DNA of 53,164 bases, the filler included, from Catajapyx aquilonaris (taxonomy: Eukaryota): the NCBI GenBank assembly GCA_000934665.2. It is 2 parts of 2 records of this genome, joined end to end, with 100 filler letters (N's around TTAATTAATTAA, not from the genome) between each part and the next. Parts side by side here need not be neighbours in the genome. Positions count along the whole stretch, not along the records: positions 1 to 26,535 come from JYFJ02005190.1; 1 more part is not named here. The stretch is one strand, 5' to 3'. The notes under the pieces are model-generated. The model saw only the letters and a program-made list of their open reading frames with translations, did no database searches and was not told where the DNA came from. Each line of letters begins with the position of its first letter. Positions within the stretch are counted from its first letter, which is position 1. Both the position numbers and the translations under genes were made by a program. Below, piece by piece: positions 1-11,354 of the stretch.

Positions 1-2199
1 AAGGGGGCCCCGCAGTGAGCATGAAGGTAAACAAGGTCATGTAGACTTGTGGGCGTGGCTTGGCCCCCCGCCATTCTCGGCCTTATCGTGGAACCATAAA
101 CAAGGGCCCCAGCAACCAATGAGTTTGTTGACACTAGTTCATTTGGTGTTCCACTTCAGTCAGGTTTAGACGTGTTTGGAACGAGCTGGCTAATTTGTAG
201 GCCATACTTACCTTACACTTACCTTGGTCATCAGTAAATATGGTGAAGACACCTCGAGTCGTGGACAACAGGGTGGACGGATATACCTTGTTCGAAGCTA
301 CTGTGATGGAGCAGGTGGAACTCCGAGGTCCACAGACTGACCCGGAAGGACACGTAGACGCTGTGAAAAGAGCAAAGGAGGGGTGGAAGAAATTGGAGCG
401 GGATCTCAAGCGCTCATGGCAGAGAAAAGCAGATGTCAGCTTGACTATGGTGGAGAGGCAGAGGTCAGTCTGGGAGACCACCAGCATCAACAGGGGACGC
501 CCCATGAACCCAGGGTTCGTCCTCTACTACGTGGATGCCAGGCCGGTCAGTGGATTGGTATAATTTATTAGCTCTTGGTATCATAATTATATGCTGTCAC
601 TACCAGTGGCATATGTCAATTCCGTTACTGTTAGAAGTTGTTTAGGAAACTGATCAGTGTCACTAGGGCAGAAGTTCCCAAACTTTTTGAGTCGTGGAGC
701 ACTTTTCAGGAGAGATATTCGTGATGGAGCACTAACATCATCGACGGCGTAATCAGAAAAAAATTCTGGAGCGGAGGGGGGGCAGNCAAATTAGTAAATG
801 GGAAGGTGAGGGCCGAAAGGGCGCCGCAGGCGAAAATTTTTTGGGTTCAAGGTCACACAAGCTACAGAGAGATTTGAATGGGTATAGCTTTTGAAGAATT
901 CCTTTTTTTCCCCAACCTCTTCGCGGAGCACAGTTTGGGAAACTCTGCACTAGGGTATAGTCTGATATCACTTCTGCCAGCACATGCTGACACACTTTTC
1001 ACTACAGGTCATCTCGTCACAGTTCCCGAAGGGGAATCCCGATGAATGGATTGCCGTTGCCCTGCAGAGGTGGGGCAAGCTTCCAGCAAGTTGTGTGCTA
1101 GAATACCAGACTGAGGCTCGAGCGCACCCAAAATATTTTGTTGCCCCGACAGGCTCCACGAAGGTAAGAAGCCAACTCATGCTTGTATTCCGACAGAGTG
1201 TGTACAACCTGGCACATGCCATTTGCAGGAGATATACAAGCAGTTGTGCGAGACATCCTTTAGCATCCTGGACAATGAGCACATCGTTGCTGGCGAGAAG
1301 AGAAGGGTTCAACTGAGGGAGGAGGCCAGGAACGAGAAGAGGCAGCCAAAGGCTGTTCGCAAGGCCTCAAAGATGTCCGAGAAGACCCAGGACCATCCAA
1401 GAACCTAGGAGAGGATTGGCAGCGCGTTTTCAGGTGATGATGGCTGACTGGCGCACAATGCCAAGGATGAGAACCCGAAGGACGATGTTTTGGAATAGAA
1501 TCAGATAATATTACTCTATTTATATAAAAATGTGTGGCTATGTTTTAGGACAGAAATATCAATTGAATTGGAATCACAATAAAAATCTAACTGTAATTCT
1601 TGAGTGTAACTTTCAAACTAAGGAGGCATATCATAGCCATTTGAGGTTTACTTTATTATTCTGTGTATGTGTGCAGTTTTGTGACCCAAATCACTGCAGC
1701 CCATCCAAAAGACAATAAGAGGCTGGTTTTTCATCCTATGCCAGCCATCAGTAGGCTACTCCATGACAGATCCACCCAAAAAAATTCCAGATGTCACCCT
1801 ACCTGTTCAGAAATTTACTAAATTTAACACGTGTTCAGATGGACACCAGTAGTACGTAGGAATATTTTCAAGTAGCAGAGGTCAATAGGTCAGGAGGAAA
1901 AATAATAAAAAAGAAAAGGCACCTTTTACAACATTATGGCTGATATCTCCCTAACTATTCCGGTACATGATAGCCTAATTATGAAAAGGAGCAATATGTC
2001 ATTTTATTCGCAACATTATGTAGAATCTAGCACACACCTGGAAAGACTTTAGTAGTGTAAACTACCTGCAAAAAGTGGGAGGTCACTGACATGATCTTTG
2101 ACCTCTTGAGCATGACCGGTATGAGAAATATGTAAAAATATCTCCAGTAAAACTTCGATAAGTCGAACTTCCGTAAGTCGAACTTCTCTACAAGTCAAA

Positions 2200-2740
2200 G
2201 AAAATGATGAGCTCTTATAGGCACATCACCTGATTCAAAACATTTCCTGAAGACCATCAGAAATTACAACTCGGCCTTCCAGATGACATCTTTTGGGGCC
2301 AACATTGTTAGAGAAGGGGGCTTCATGCCTATACATTCAAAGTGCAAGGGCAAATTTACCATCGCATGGGATCACTCCTTCCCTCAGAAAATCAGAGTCC
2401 GCGGTGTCTGCAACTTTACTTCATGGGGAACATGCAACAGCAGAGGGAATACCGTTGCACCTACTTAAATGGCACACGCCTCCACATCACACTGCAACTT
2501 CAGGAGATGATCCATTCCACTCACACTTACGTCAAAAGCTTCAAGCTTGCACTTGAGAGTCCTCCTCCTCTCGAATTTGACTTGGTCATAGATATACAGA
2601 CAAGCGACCACAAGGCGAGCATCGTGGTCGATTCAATCAACCTTCTTGCAATGAGATTGCTGTCACAATGAGTGGTCAGGAGCATGGTAATAAGAGGGAT
2701 ATTGTGTTGAAGCTTCGAGACAACACGGTTCATCTATTCA
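2200..2740 (+). mobile_element. Helitron RepHel N-terminal remnant (frameshifted)
   Basis: Across frames reads YNSAFQMTSFGA..GGFMP / FKVQGQIYHRMGSLLP..LQLYF / GEHRGRFNQPSCNEIAV / RDIVLKLR, the motif order typical of Helitron Rep N-termini. Confidence 0.75.
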
Positions 2741-2814
2741 ATTATGAATGTAATTGGCTATACCAAAAGGTGAAAAGCACAAGTGAATACAGACATACAC
2801 GTCCCAGCATTCCC

Positions 2815-3786
2815 CTAATACTGCTCCTTCCCTGTCACATGAGTAATGTAGGCCTTACGGGACCAAGAGATAACATCTGAAACGCAAAGTTTTTGCAGGA
2901 GTCTCAGGTAGGCCCTGCCACACAACTTCCTCAATATTTTATTGTTGGCAGGGTCCCAAGACCCGAGAGCCCCTACTACAATCGCTTCAACATGAACCTG
3001 CCGGTACCGGGCCTTGAGTCTTTCTGCCAGGGCAGCGTACTTCTCCTCTTTACTTCTTCTAGCCTCCTCGAAAGCCGTCCTCCGGTTCTCGAATGGCACC
3101 GTCACGTCTATGATGATCGCCGTGTCGCCACTCACCAGGACGAGGTCAGGTCGCTGGGGACAGTCTGCAATGACCTTCTGGTTGTCTCCAAGGATAGAGA
3201 ACTTGAGCCTCGATGCCCTCCGCACACGCTCCACCACCGCGTTGTGCCTGTTTTGGTAGAAAGCTGCATGGCACATGCAATGGCCGAGAACATGAGGGAG
3301 GGTTTCACGGGGCTCTGGACACCGTCGGCATCGCTCCGGCTGGTCGATCGCCCATGGTCGGGCCCCACTGAGGGGAACCAGGTTCAGACGAGCTCTGTGT
3401 ATGAACCGCCAGTCCGCAAACGTCGTAAAGCGTCCATTGGAGATAGAGTGGCTGGAGGCAGAAGACATGGCCACACACTCTGCCACCTTCCCCTGGTTGG
3501 GCTTGGACCTCAACTGCTCGTCGAGTTGGCGCTGAATCACGCCACGAATCGTCCTCGCCAGCACCTTCCTCATGCGGGAACGAATAGTGAAGGCCCCCGC
3601 GACGATGGCCAGCTGTGCCTCCACCCCCGTCCAGGAAACCCCTAATCGAGATGTAGCTGACCTGGCGGCGGTCCAGATATTCTGGTGCGCATTGCTACGC
3701 AGGCGGAACTCCCCCTTGTTGCAGCCGTTCAGAAAAGCCAATACGTCTGCCTCACTGGCCTGCTCCCTGCTCAGACGCGCCTCCAC
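2815..3786 (-). mobile_element. 5'-truncated restriction-like-endonuclease non-LTR retrotransposon (Utopia/NeSL, R2 group): CCHC finger plus endonuclease
   Basis: Uninterrupted 323-aa ORF with DWRFIHRARLN, CRRC..ETLPHVLGHC, RHNAVV, RPDLV..IIDVTVPFE..KEEKY and VGALGSW. Confidence 0.9.
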
Positions 3787-3904
3787 TGTAGAACGAAGGT
3801 CAGCTCCATGTTACTGGTATGCCAACATTGTATTTGTATAGCCATAATTACTTCAAAGGTTACTACTAAATCAATGAGTCACTCCTATGGAAAAGTTTTT
3901 CATA

Positions 3905-3932
3905 ACCCGAGCAACGCCGGGTATCCTGCTAG
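3905..3932 (+). mobile_element. Helitron 3' terminus
   Basis: GC-rich hairpin ACCCGAGCAACGCCGGGT followed by terminal CTAG and then T. Confidence 0.75.
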
Positions 3933-4366
3933 TCAACTCATATTTGAATAAGGAGTAGTGGTCAAGGATGTTTCACAGTCAGATGGAGATCAATTTTCCA
4001 CATGTTGCCATAAAATTACACGAAGCCATGTGTAATCTCTATATTATGTGAGTGAGACAGATCTAACGGTAACTTTACAGAATTGGCATAAGTCGGCGAT
4101 AAAAGATTTAATTTCTATGTAAGAACTGTATGAACTACAAGCATTGCAGCAGGGAGAAAATTTTCATACTTCTGGGAGAACAACAAATCATAATTATTCT
4201 GGAACTAAGTAATGAACTGTTGGATTTCTGAGTTTTCAAAATTTAAAAAGTGTTTTTTGAGTGCATTTTGTGGACTGGAGTGATACTATATGAGTAATAT
4301 GACTATTAAACCCCAATATACAGTGAGTAATGCAGAACTTTCAGAACGCCCTGTGTTTCACGAGAT

Positions 4367-4925
4367 TGTGATGTGGGGTAGTGTCAGTACCTGTGCACAC
4401 CTAATGGACACTTCCATGTGGACTGTGGTTAGCTGTGCAACACACCCTTGAACACACCCCAATGACCCCATGCCCTGGGTGGACTTGACCACTGTACCCC
4501 AGGATCTCGGGACGAGCTCCATGTCTTGAAAAGGGGAGTGTGACGAGTCCCTGGTGAAGGAAGTGCCAATTCCAATCGGAAGTCACGGAGGAAAAATATT
4601 GGCAGCCACACCTGCGGAAGCCGGGTTATGCAACATGGTGAAATCGGGATATAAGAGGCTGCAATTTAGCAAGAAAAAGAGAAGAAAGGAGGCAGAAGCT
4701 AGAGTTGAAGTGCAAGATAGAAGCAGAGGGAAGAGAGTTAGCTGGACATCCCAGACTGGAGGATGGCCAGGTGTGAACCAACCCCCTAGTCAGAAGATGG
4801 GAGCCGCTGACTGTATGGGAAAAGAAGCATGACGTGGTTGAGTATCACGACTGTATCAGTAGATTAAGGGATTAATAAACTGTAAATAAGGAGTTCCAGC
4901 CTGTTTAGTTGAAGACAGCGTCACA
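4367..4925 (+). mobile_element. Probable solo LTR
   Basis: TGTGA...TCACA termini, AATAAA near 4874, near-TSD AGAT/ATAT, GC-richer than flanks. Confidence 0.55.
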
Positions 4926-5334
4926 ATATCAAAGGTAAAGCAGGTGACAGAAATAGCAACACAAAATTGCATGTGAAGTACAGTATATTCTCATAATGTT
5001 GCAAAATGAGATCTGCAAGAATATTAAAGTTGCCATAACCACTTTCTAATTTTGAAATTTCAAATATTGCAATATTTTGTGCAAAATTGCTAATTTGAGC
5101 CACGAGACCTGCTTGGGCTGCATTGGGCTAATTGGAACTTTATCTATGAGAGGTATTAGTTTTGCCTCCAATTTTGCATAAAGAGTGTTATGAAATTGAA
5201 ATGTAGCCTACATGTGAAAACCATTGTGCTTTTTCCATGTCTACATAAGATTCAGTATGTGTGCTTTTCTCTACAGCTGCAGGAGAATGACAATAAATGT
5301 GGCGCTACAGGCACAGGTGTTGTAACTCTGTCTG

Positions 5335-5870
5335 GTGATAGATACATTAACGGGCATTTGGCCCGCACGATTGCTGGTCATGGACCGTATACCTTGCAAA
5401 TCTGCTTTAGGTTTAGGCCCCCTGGTGGAGAGTTATGTGAATGTGGGAATGGCGCTCAGGACGTACAGCACCTTCTTCTATCATGTACTTTGGATATTGT
5501 GTTGAGGGAAAGAATGAAATTGATAGCGGTTGCGACTAAGTTGGCCCTGGGTTGACCCTGTTCTTTTAAATTGGTGTTGGAGGGAGTTTGACGGATTTTG
5601 TCTCGTCGTTGATGCCTTCATGGCTGATAGGAATGGTTAGTTAGATCTTGGGTTTTATGGTTTGAGGTTTTAGTTTTTAAGTTGAAGTTTTTTTAAGGTT
5701 TAGGTTTAATATGGTGCCTTAGGGACCTGTTTGTGGTTGGCTCCGTTTATGTATTGCGTTGCTATGGCAGGTCCATAGTGGTCCTTGCTGGCCGCTTGCG
5801 GCTGGTGGGGACAGTTGAATAATGAAAGAGCCAGGGGGCTGCAAGGTGAGCCCCCCTTATCAAATAAAAT
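5335..5870 (+). mobile_element. 3' end of R1/I-group non-LTR retrotransposon
   Basis: AGHGPY..FRF..CECG..DVQHLLLSC zinc knuckle typical of ORF2 C-termini, followed by a GT-rich 3' UTR-like stretch. Confidence 0.6.
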
Positions 5871-6191
5871 TGTGAAGTACTCGTATGTATTTTGGTTTTT
5901 GAGTAGCGAATCCATTATAGACAGGTTTCACTGTGTATGCAATACATGAATCTTTTTTTAAATTAACCTTTTGCAAAAAAACAGGAACATGCTTTGGGAC
6001 ATTTAGAGTGCAATAATGCTTTCAGAATGTTATCTCCATATTGATAGAAACAAAATAATGAAAAAAATTAACATGGAAACCATTGTAGTTCTAAACCATT
6101 GTTGGTGTCTTGTTTACTCAGTTGACTTAAGGCGTTAAATGTCATAACATTTACTTTTCATATTGCATATGCATGTTAATTAGTCTGAGAA

Positions 6192-6265
6192 ATGACCGTA
6201 ACATACTCAGCGGAAGTCTCCACAGTCCGTGGAAGATACGGAGTTTTTTGGAAGTTGCTTTACAG
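6192..6265 (+). CDS. BEST: Bestrophin coding exon 1
   Basis: ATG start; [24 protein letters not shown](R); donor AG|GTGAG. Confidence 0.92.
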
Positions 6266-6926
6266 GTGAGATGCAGCTTAACTGAATAATTAATAGTCCA
6301 CTATTAGCAATGAGAATAAAAGTAAAAATGCAAAAATGATCTGACCAAGTTGCAGGATATGTCTCCATTTAACTTTTTGTCAGGTTAATGACTAAGGTAC
6401 AGTAGTACGAGTATTATTATGTCAAAAAGAGAGAATATCTTGTGGCTATACAACTGGCATCAGAATTTGAGTAAGGGAAAGGTTTTTTCTCCTGTCCTAA
6501 TCTTCACCTTACGCGTATCTCTAGCAAGCCGATGATTGTAAAATGTTGCGATACATTTGTCCAAATTTTTTTTTTACATATGGCACACATGCAAAAAAAT
6601 ATGAGCCCACTTTTTATACCATAATAATCTGAACTACAGAGAATGGAATAAAAATTGGACCCAGAAATTTTTGCATGCATCTTATGCACCCTAACTGGAT
6701 TTTTAATTATTGAAAAATTAAGGATGTAAAAAATGTCTAGACCTTGATTTACCTTGTAATGAAAATGCAGTAGGTAGTAATTATAGGCCACAGCCGCTTC
6801 CTTCCTTACCTATCCTTGCCTCAATTCCAATGAAAAAGTATAGTAAAAATGGAAAGAGTTCCAGACAAAAAAATTGGGAGAAATCCCCCCCCTAATAAAG
6901 CCCAAAGGGCTGATAATGGGGTATCA

Positions 6927-6957
<31 letters not shown>

Positions 6958-9900
6958 ATGCAGTAGGTAAGCTTACTGTAGAATAATTCAACTCGATACT
7001 GGATGATTTTACTTAGGCTAAACTGGATTCAAATGTGAATATTCATTCTGCACTTACTTGTTAGTGTGAGTGACTTTAACGCAGTAATACGTATAGGTAG
7101 TGCAGCTTGTATGTAGGAATCTTTTGATGCACAACAAAATAGCCTATAGTGACTGACACCCTCAATGTATCACTTATACCTATATCTTCAAATTTCAGGT
7201 GGCGCGGAAGTATTTACAAGTTGCTGTGGCCAGATATGATACTATACACTGTCGTTTACTTTACATTATCATTTACTTATCGGTTTGCACTCAGTGAAAA
7301 TGGAAAGCGGTAAGTACATTTTGTTACAGTAAACATTGAAGAATTCATTTTTATTCGTACTGCACCTGATTGTAATGCTGTGATTATTATCAAAATCATG
7401 ATACAGATATTTTGAGAAGGCTGCCTTACACTGTCGTCAGTACTCTGACCTCATCCCAGTCTCGTTTATCTTGGGATTTTACGTGGGAATGGTGCTCAAA
7501 AGATGGTGGGAGCAGTACAACAGCATTCCATGGCCTGATTCACTTGCCATGTATGTGTCTTCATGTGTACACGGAGAGGTGAGGGAAATATATACAATAG
7601 AAAGCTTCTCTTGCAGTATTTATAGATATTCAAGATTTTGTTCAAATTTCATAATTGCAAAAAAAGTAGGATAGTTTCATTATGCAAGGAAAACCACTCA
7701 AAAACTGTTTCTTCTCTTAATTTCTTAACTACTAAAGGCTATAAAAAAATAGAAACATGCTGGTTGTACATAATTATGCTGCAGTGTTGCTGAACAAGTG
7801 GATTTCTAGAAGTGCAACCTATTTTGTGGCTTTTTAATATTACTTATACTGAAGCATGACTCAAGATTTGACAGTTTCACTTAGAGCCTATGCTACAAGA
7901 TTAAAAGCAAGCGAAAAAAAAGTGTTGTTTTTATTTTTGTGGTAGAAACTGATAGAACATCATAATACGACAGGTCTCATTATTATTTATATCTTGCATG
8001 AAGAAAATGGCAAGAGGTTACAAGAGGCTATGAACCAAATAATAGAAAAATAATAGCCGAGTTTTCTGCAGTATAATGTGGGGGAGGGGGGTGTTAATTG
8101 GCCACTTGCATTTAAATATGAAACCTTTCTTCTTCATGCATTCCAACAGGATGAACGTGGACTTCTCATGCGCAGAACAATAATGAGATATGCTCATTTA
8201 TCGTTTACTCTGAGTTTAACAATGATGTGCAGCCAGATAAAAAAGCGGTTTCCTTCATTTGATCATTTTGTGGAAGCAGGTATGAGTTGTTGGTTTTCAC
8301 AGCATAAACCACATATTTATGGTAATGAGACCACAGGCTACTCCAGGTACAAATCTGGAGATAGTAGGAGGCACATTTTCAGGCTAATTTAAATCAAGGT
8401 TCTTCTACTGGAGAGGCTCAAGAAAAAAAAATGTATGAGGGATCACACCGAATTTATTGTGCCCTGCTTGCAATCACTATTTTCTCGAGGCTTACTTGAG
8501 CATAATAATTTTCATTCCTTTATATTTTTAAACACGGACTACAGTTATAATTACAGTATGTGGAGATGGCAAATCTATATGTCTAGTGATTGCCTCATAT
8601 CAAGAGCTAATAACTTGATGCAGGTAATACAGTAAAACCTCGATATAACGCTCCGCATATAACGCTTATTTTGGGTTCCCTTGAAGAGCGTTATATTGAG
8701 GTTTTACTGTAACACAAAAAAAACTGGCCTATTGGTTTTATTATTCATGATGTCTATGATGTTTACACATAGTTCCAGGCTCTTTCAGCACACCTCATGA
8801 GGTCAATAACATGTACATGACATTTACAGGCATGATGACGGAGCAAGAAAGGTCAATATTAGTAGAAATTGAAAAAAAGACAAATTATAGAATCTTCTGG
8901 GTTCCTTTGGTGTGGTCCACTAGTGTTGTCACACGAGCAAGAAAAGAGGGCCGAGTGAGGGATGACTTTGCCATGACTTTGGTACATAAAGAGATTGGAA
9001 AGTTTTGGATCATGCTGGTATGGCTACTTACCATGGATTGGGTTTGCATACCTTTAGTGTACACTCAGGTAAGATAGTCTTGTTTCATTATCCCTGGTTT
9101 CAGTTCTCTGTGGTTTGAAATTATTTAATAAATATTTAATAAAAATAAATACATAGAAAAAGTAATGTAGAGCTGATTTTTGGCACACTTGCTATATTTG
9201 GTGTAGAGAACAACATATTTAAAGTCCCTGCCTCCCAGGTGCCAGCGTCATAGTTTTGTTGTAGCAAAACAGGGCCTAAATAACAAAATCACTGATGCAA
9301 CTGCTCTATGCTCAAAATATCTGTCATTATGCCCTCGTATGGTGCCCAAATGAACAGGGAGGGACTGCTCACGAAGAAAAAATGTTGTAATTGACGTGAA
9401 GTGCACTTATAAAGAAACAAATCCTATATTTCCCCACAGTACATACTGTATATTGAAGGTGTACAGTTTGCACAATAAGAACCACACAATGGTCGAAAAG
9501 TGTCAGAGAGCCTGGACCTAAAGTTGGGAGCCCACACTTTTAGCTTTCGAATAGTACATCATTGATCTCTGTGCAATGAACGGTTGTCGTGAATTGATGC
9601 CATACCTCCGGCCACCCGGTGCACCACGCTTCTGCATTGGGAATCATGTCTCAGGCAACATAGCTATAAAAATAATATAAGTGACTTATTTATTTTACAA
9701 ACAATAATATTGGTCTAATACCCAGGGCCGTATTCATACGTTTTCGCGGGTAGGCATTGGTCATTTGCTGCCCCCTCCTCCACCCATTCCTTCTGTAAAA
9801 TTAATATGCAGAATAAGCACGCAGGTAATACGTAGTATACTGTCAAACAGGGTGAGATTGTGACACATTTTGAGGTTTTTATTACGGGTAAACCAGAATA

Positions 9901-11280
9901 ATTGATATACTGGAACGAATTTAATACACAACATTGCTTCACATCTCACCTTTCAGTTCATATGTGAAAATAATTTTTATATGCTAAGGGAGGGGGATTA
10001 TAAAAATTCTTCACCGTTGAGTGGGGTCTAATTATTGTTCCAGTCATTTAAAAATCTTGATGTGAATAGGAAATGTGTCGCTGGCACATTCGCACCCCTC
10101 TGCCTATAAAATGAGCACACCTCAATATGCAAATAAAACATTTTGAATACAAATAACTTACAGACAATTTTTTTTTCTTCCATTGTTCAAGGATCGGCAC
10201 TACAATGATAATATGAGGCACCTTAGATTTAAAATTTTATAGAAAGAAATAAACAATGAAATAAACTTTATCAACCTTTACGACACCAAAAAATATTTAT
10301 CAGAATGTTACAAGACCGAAATATAGAACTGGAAACGAAATGCAAACAAATGAACTACTAACTGAAGGACCTTGAAATACAAATAGAAAATATTGAAACC
10401 TGTGAAGTGGACACGGCACAGAGGTAAATATGGAATTTTAAAAACCAACTAAAAACTGAAACCTAAGATTTCATGTCTACTATGTTAACACCACTCCGAT
10501 TTTTATTGCTGGACTTATCTTCATCTTCACCTGATCTTTTTCGTACCACAGCTCGTCTGGTAGCTTTGGCCACATCCAATATTTCCCTTATTTTAATTTT
10601 TTTTTAATGTTGATTTCTGCAAAAGTTTCTGACCAATCTTAACGTAAACTCATTCCATCACTGTTACACACAAAAATCAGTGAAATAATGGGGAAACCCG
10701 GGAAAAACAGTAGCACAATCTCACACTGTCAAGTACACTTTTTTCTCATTGCATCATAGCTTAAACACAAATCCGGGTAAAAAAAAACGACCAGTCGTAT
10801 TTCTACCTTCAAGAGCATTGTAATCGAAGAATTAACTTTGTTTAACTCACGAGAAACAATCGTCCAATCCCACTAACCAACATATACCACCCAATGCAAA
10901 ACTTGAAAATTAAACATTTTTAAAAAATGTAATTTTACGGCCTAATCACACCAAGTCGCGAATTTTACTCGTCATTGCCAACCTTGACCATCCTTCAATG
11001 TAGTGAAACATGCCCAGGGACACCCCCTTCATCTCGTGCAGAGTTCAGGGTCACCTCTGACTTCGTCTCGGGTGGTATTTCCAATAGACTAAACCACCCG
11101 GGGGAGTTCACTAAAAATGGCCACAGCGTCAGATGCACTGCACCTTGCACATCCCCTCCTGTCATCCTGCCCGTGGGCCCGGGCGATACGCTAAATAGAT
11201 ACCATGTACTATGTATACACCAACAGCTAATAATAAAGGTCCATGCGATAAACCCTGATGGGTGAAAGCATTACCCAACC

Positions 11281-11354
<74 letters not shown>

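Noticed and set aside
74..86. U2 snRNA 5' sequence (TTCTCGGCCTTAT)
   Set aside because: Only ~13 nt match and the rest of U2 is absent
2893..3645. 250-aa plus-strand ORF
   Set aside because: Antisense shadow of the GC-rich retrotransposon ORF
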